Below are positions 63,637-64,000 of a stretch of 64,000 bases of DNA, in pieces. Position 1 is the stretch's first letter; each line of letters opens with the position of its first letter. The DNA is from Gracilinanus agilis. Lineage: Eukaryota. The notes beneath the pieces are model-generated. The model saw nothing but the letters and a program-made list of their open reading frames with translations. It did not search any database and was not told the origin of the DNA. Both the position numbers and the translations under genes were made by a program. The stretch spans positions 59,665,716 through 59,729,715 of the forward strand of contig NC_058136.1 in the NCBI RefSeq assembly GCF_016433145.1, read 5' to 3'.

Positions 63637-63729
63637 CTTGCCTTGATGGGATGACAGGTAAACTCTTGGGATTTCGGGGCACGTAGTCCACTCGGTGTCT
63701 CCGCAGTCCTAGGCATCTGGAGATTAAGG
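63637..63729 (-). CDS. DGKK: Candidate upstream DGKK exon (phase 1-1)
   Basis: tttgctttgcgcccag|(A)LISRCLGLRRHRVDYVPRNPKSLPVIPSRQ|gtggca; phase-compatible with the SAM exon. The donor is weak. Confidence 0.45.
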
Positions 63730-64000
63730 CTGGGCGCAAAGCAAATGAGCTTCTTGTGTCCTGCTTCTCAGCAGACCTCTGCTCCAAATATGCTAGGGAG
63801 ATGGACTGGGCCAGGCTGTTCAGGGATTCTCCACAGCCTTATTCAAAGACACACTGCACTCCTTACTCCCTTCTCCAGACACAAGCCAGCAGCCTCCCCC
63901 CCCCCCAAATTAAGCAGCCTTACTCAGAGCTGGCCATATCTTGGAAGTCTCTGGGCAGCCTGAAAGTGGTGATCTGAGTATTTGTCTGTGGCTCTGCCAC

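Overview
Marsupial genomic DNA, most likely didelphid (opossum-type SINEs, L1/L2, hAT MITEs). By CCNB3-DGKK synteny it is probably X-linked (inference). Left to right: (1) 1-15000 is a strand-asymmetric GACA/GGGACAC-rich tandem array, with a 42-bp unit at left and a ~600-bp higher-order unit at right. (2) A CpG-island promoter at ~15.8-16.5 kb has NF-Y, CRE, GC-box and CHR-like motifs and strong splice donors pointing in both directions. (3) A ~19-kb putative first intron holds four diverged paralogous units, a hAT MITE carrying a U6 fragment between 75-bp inverted repeats, a solo LTR and a second, pyrimidine-rich array. (4) A complete cyclin B3 (CCNB3) CDS lies on + in 11 coding exons (35886-54260, ~484 aa, short non-placental type). 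(5) The 3' end of a type II diacylglycerol kinase (DGKK by synteny) lies on - and retains an intact SAM domain. There are two 500-N gaps (15265-15764, 33400-33899). The best novel candidates are a divergent spliced repeat-rich lncRNA running from the promoter into the 15-kb array, and the snap-back U6 cassette. Both are inferences from sequence alone.
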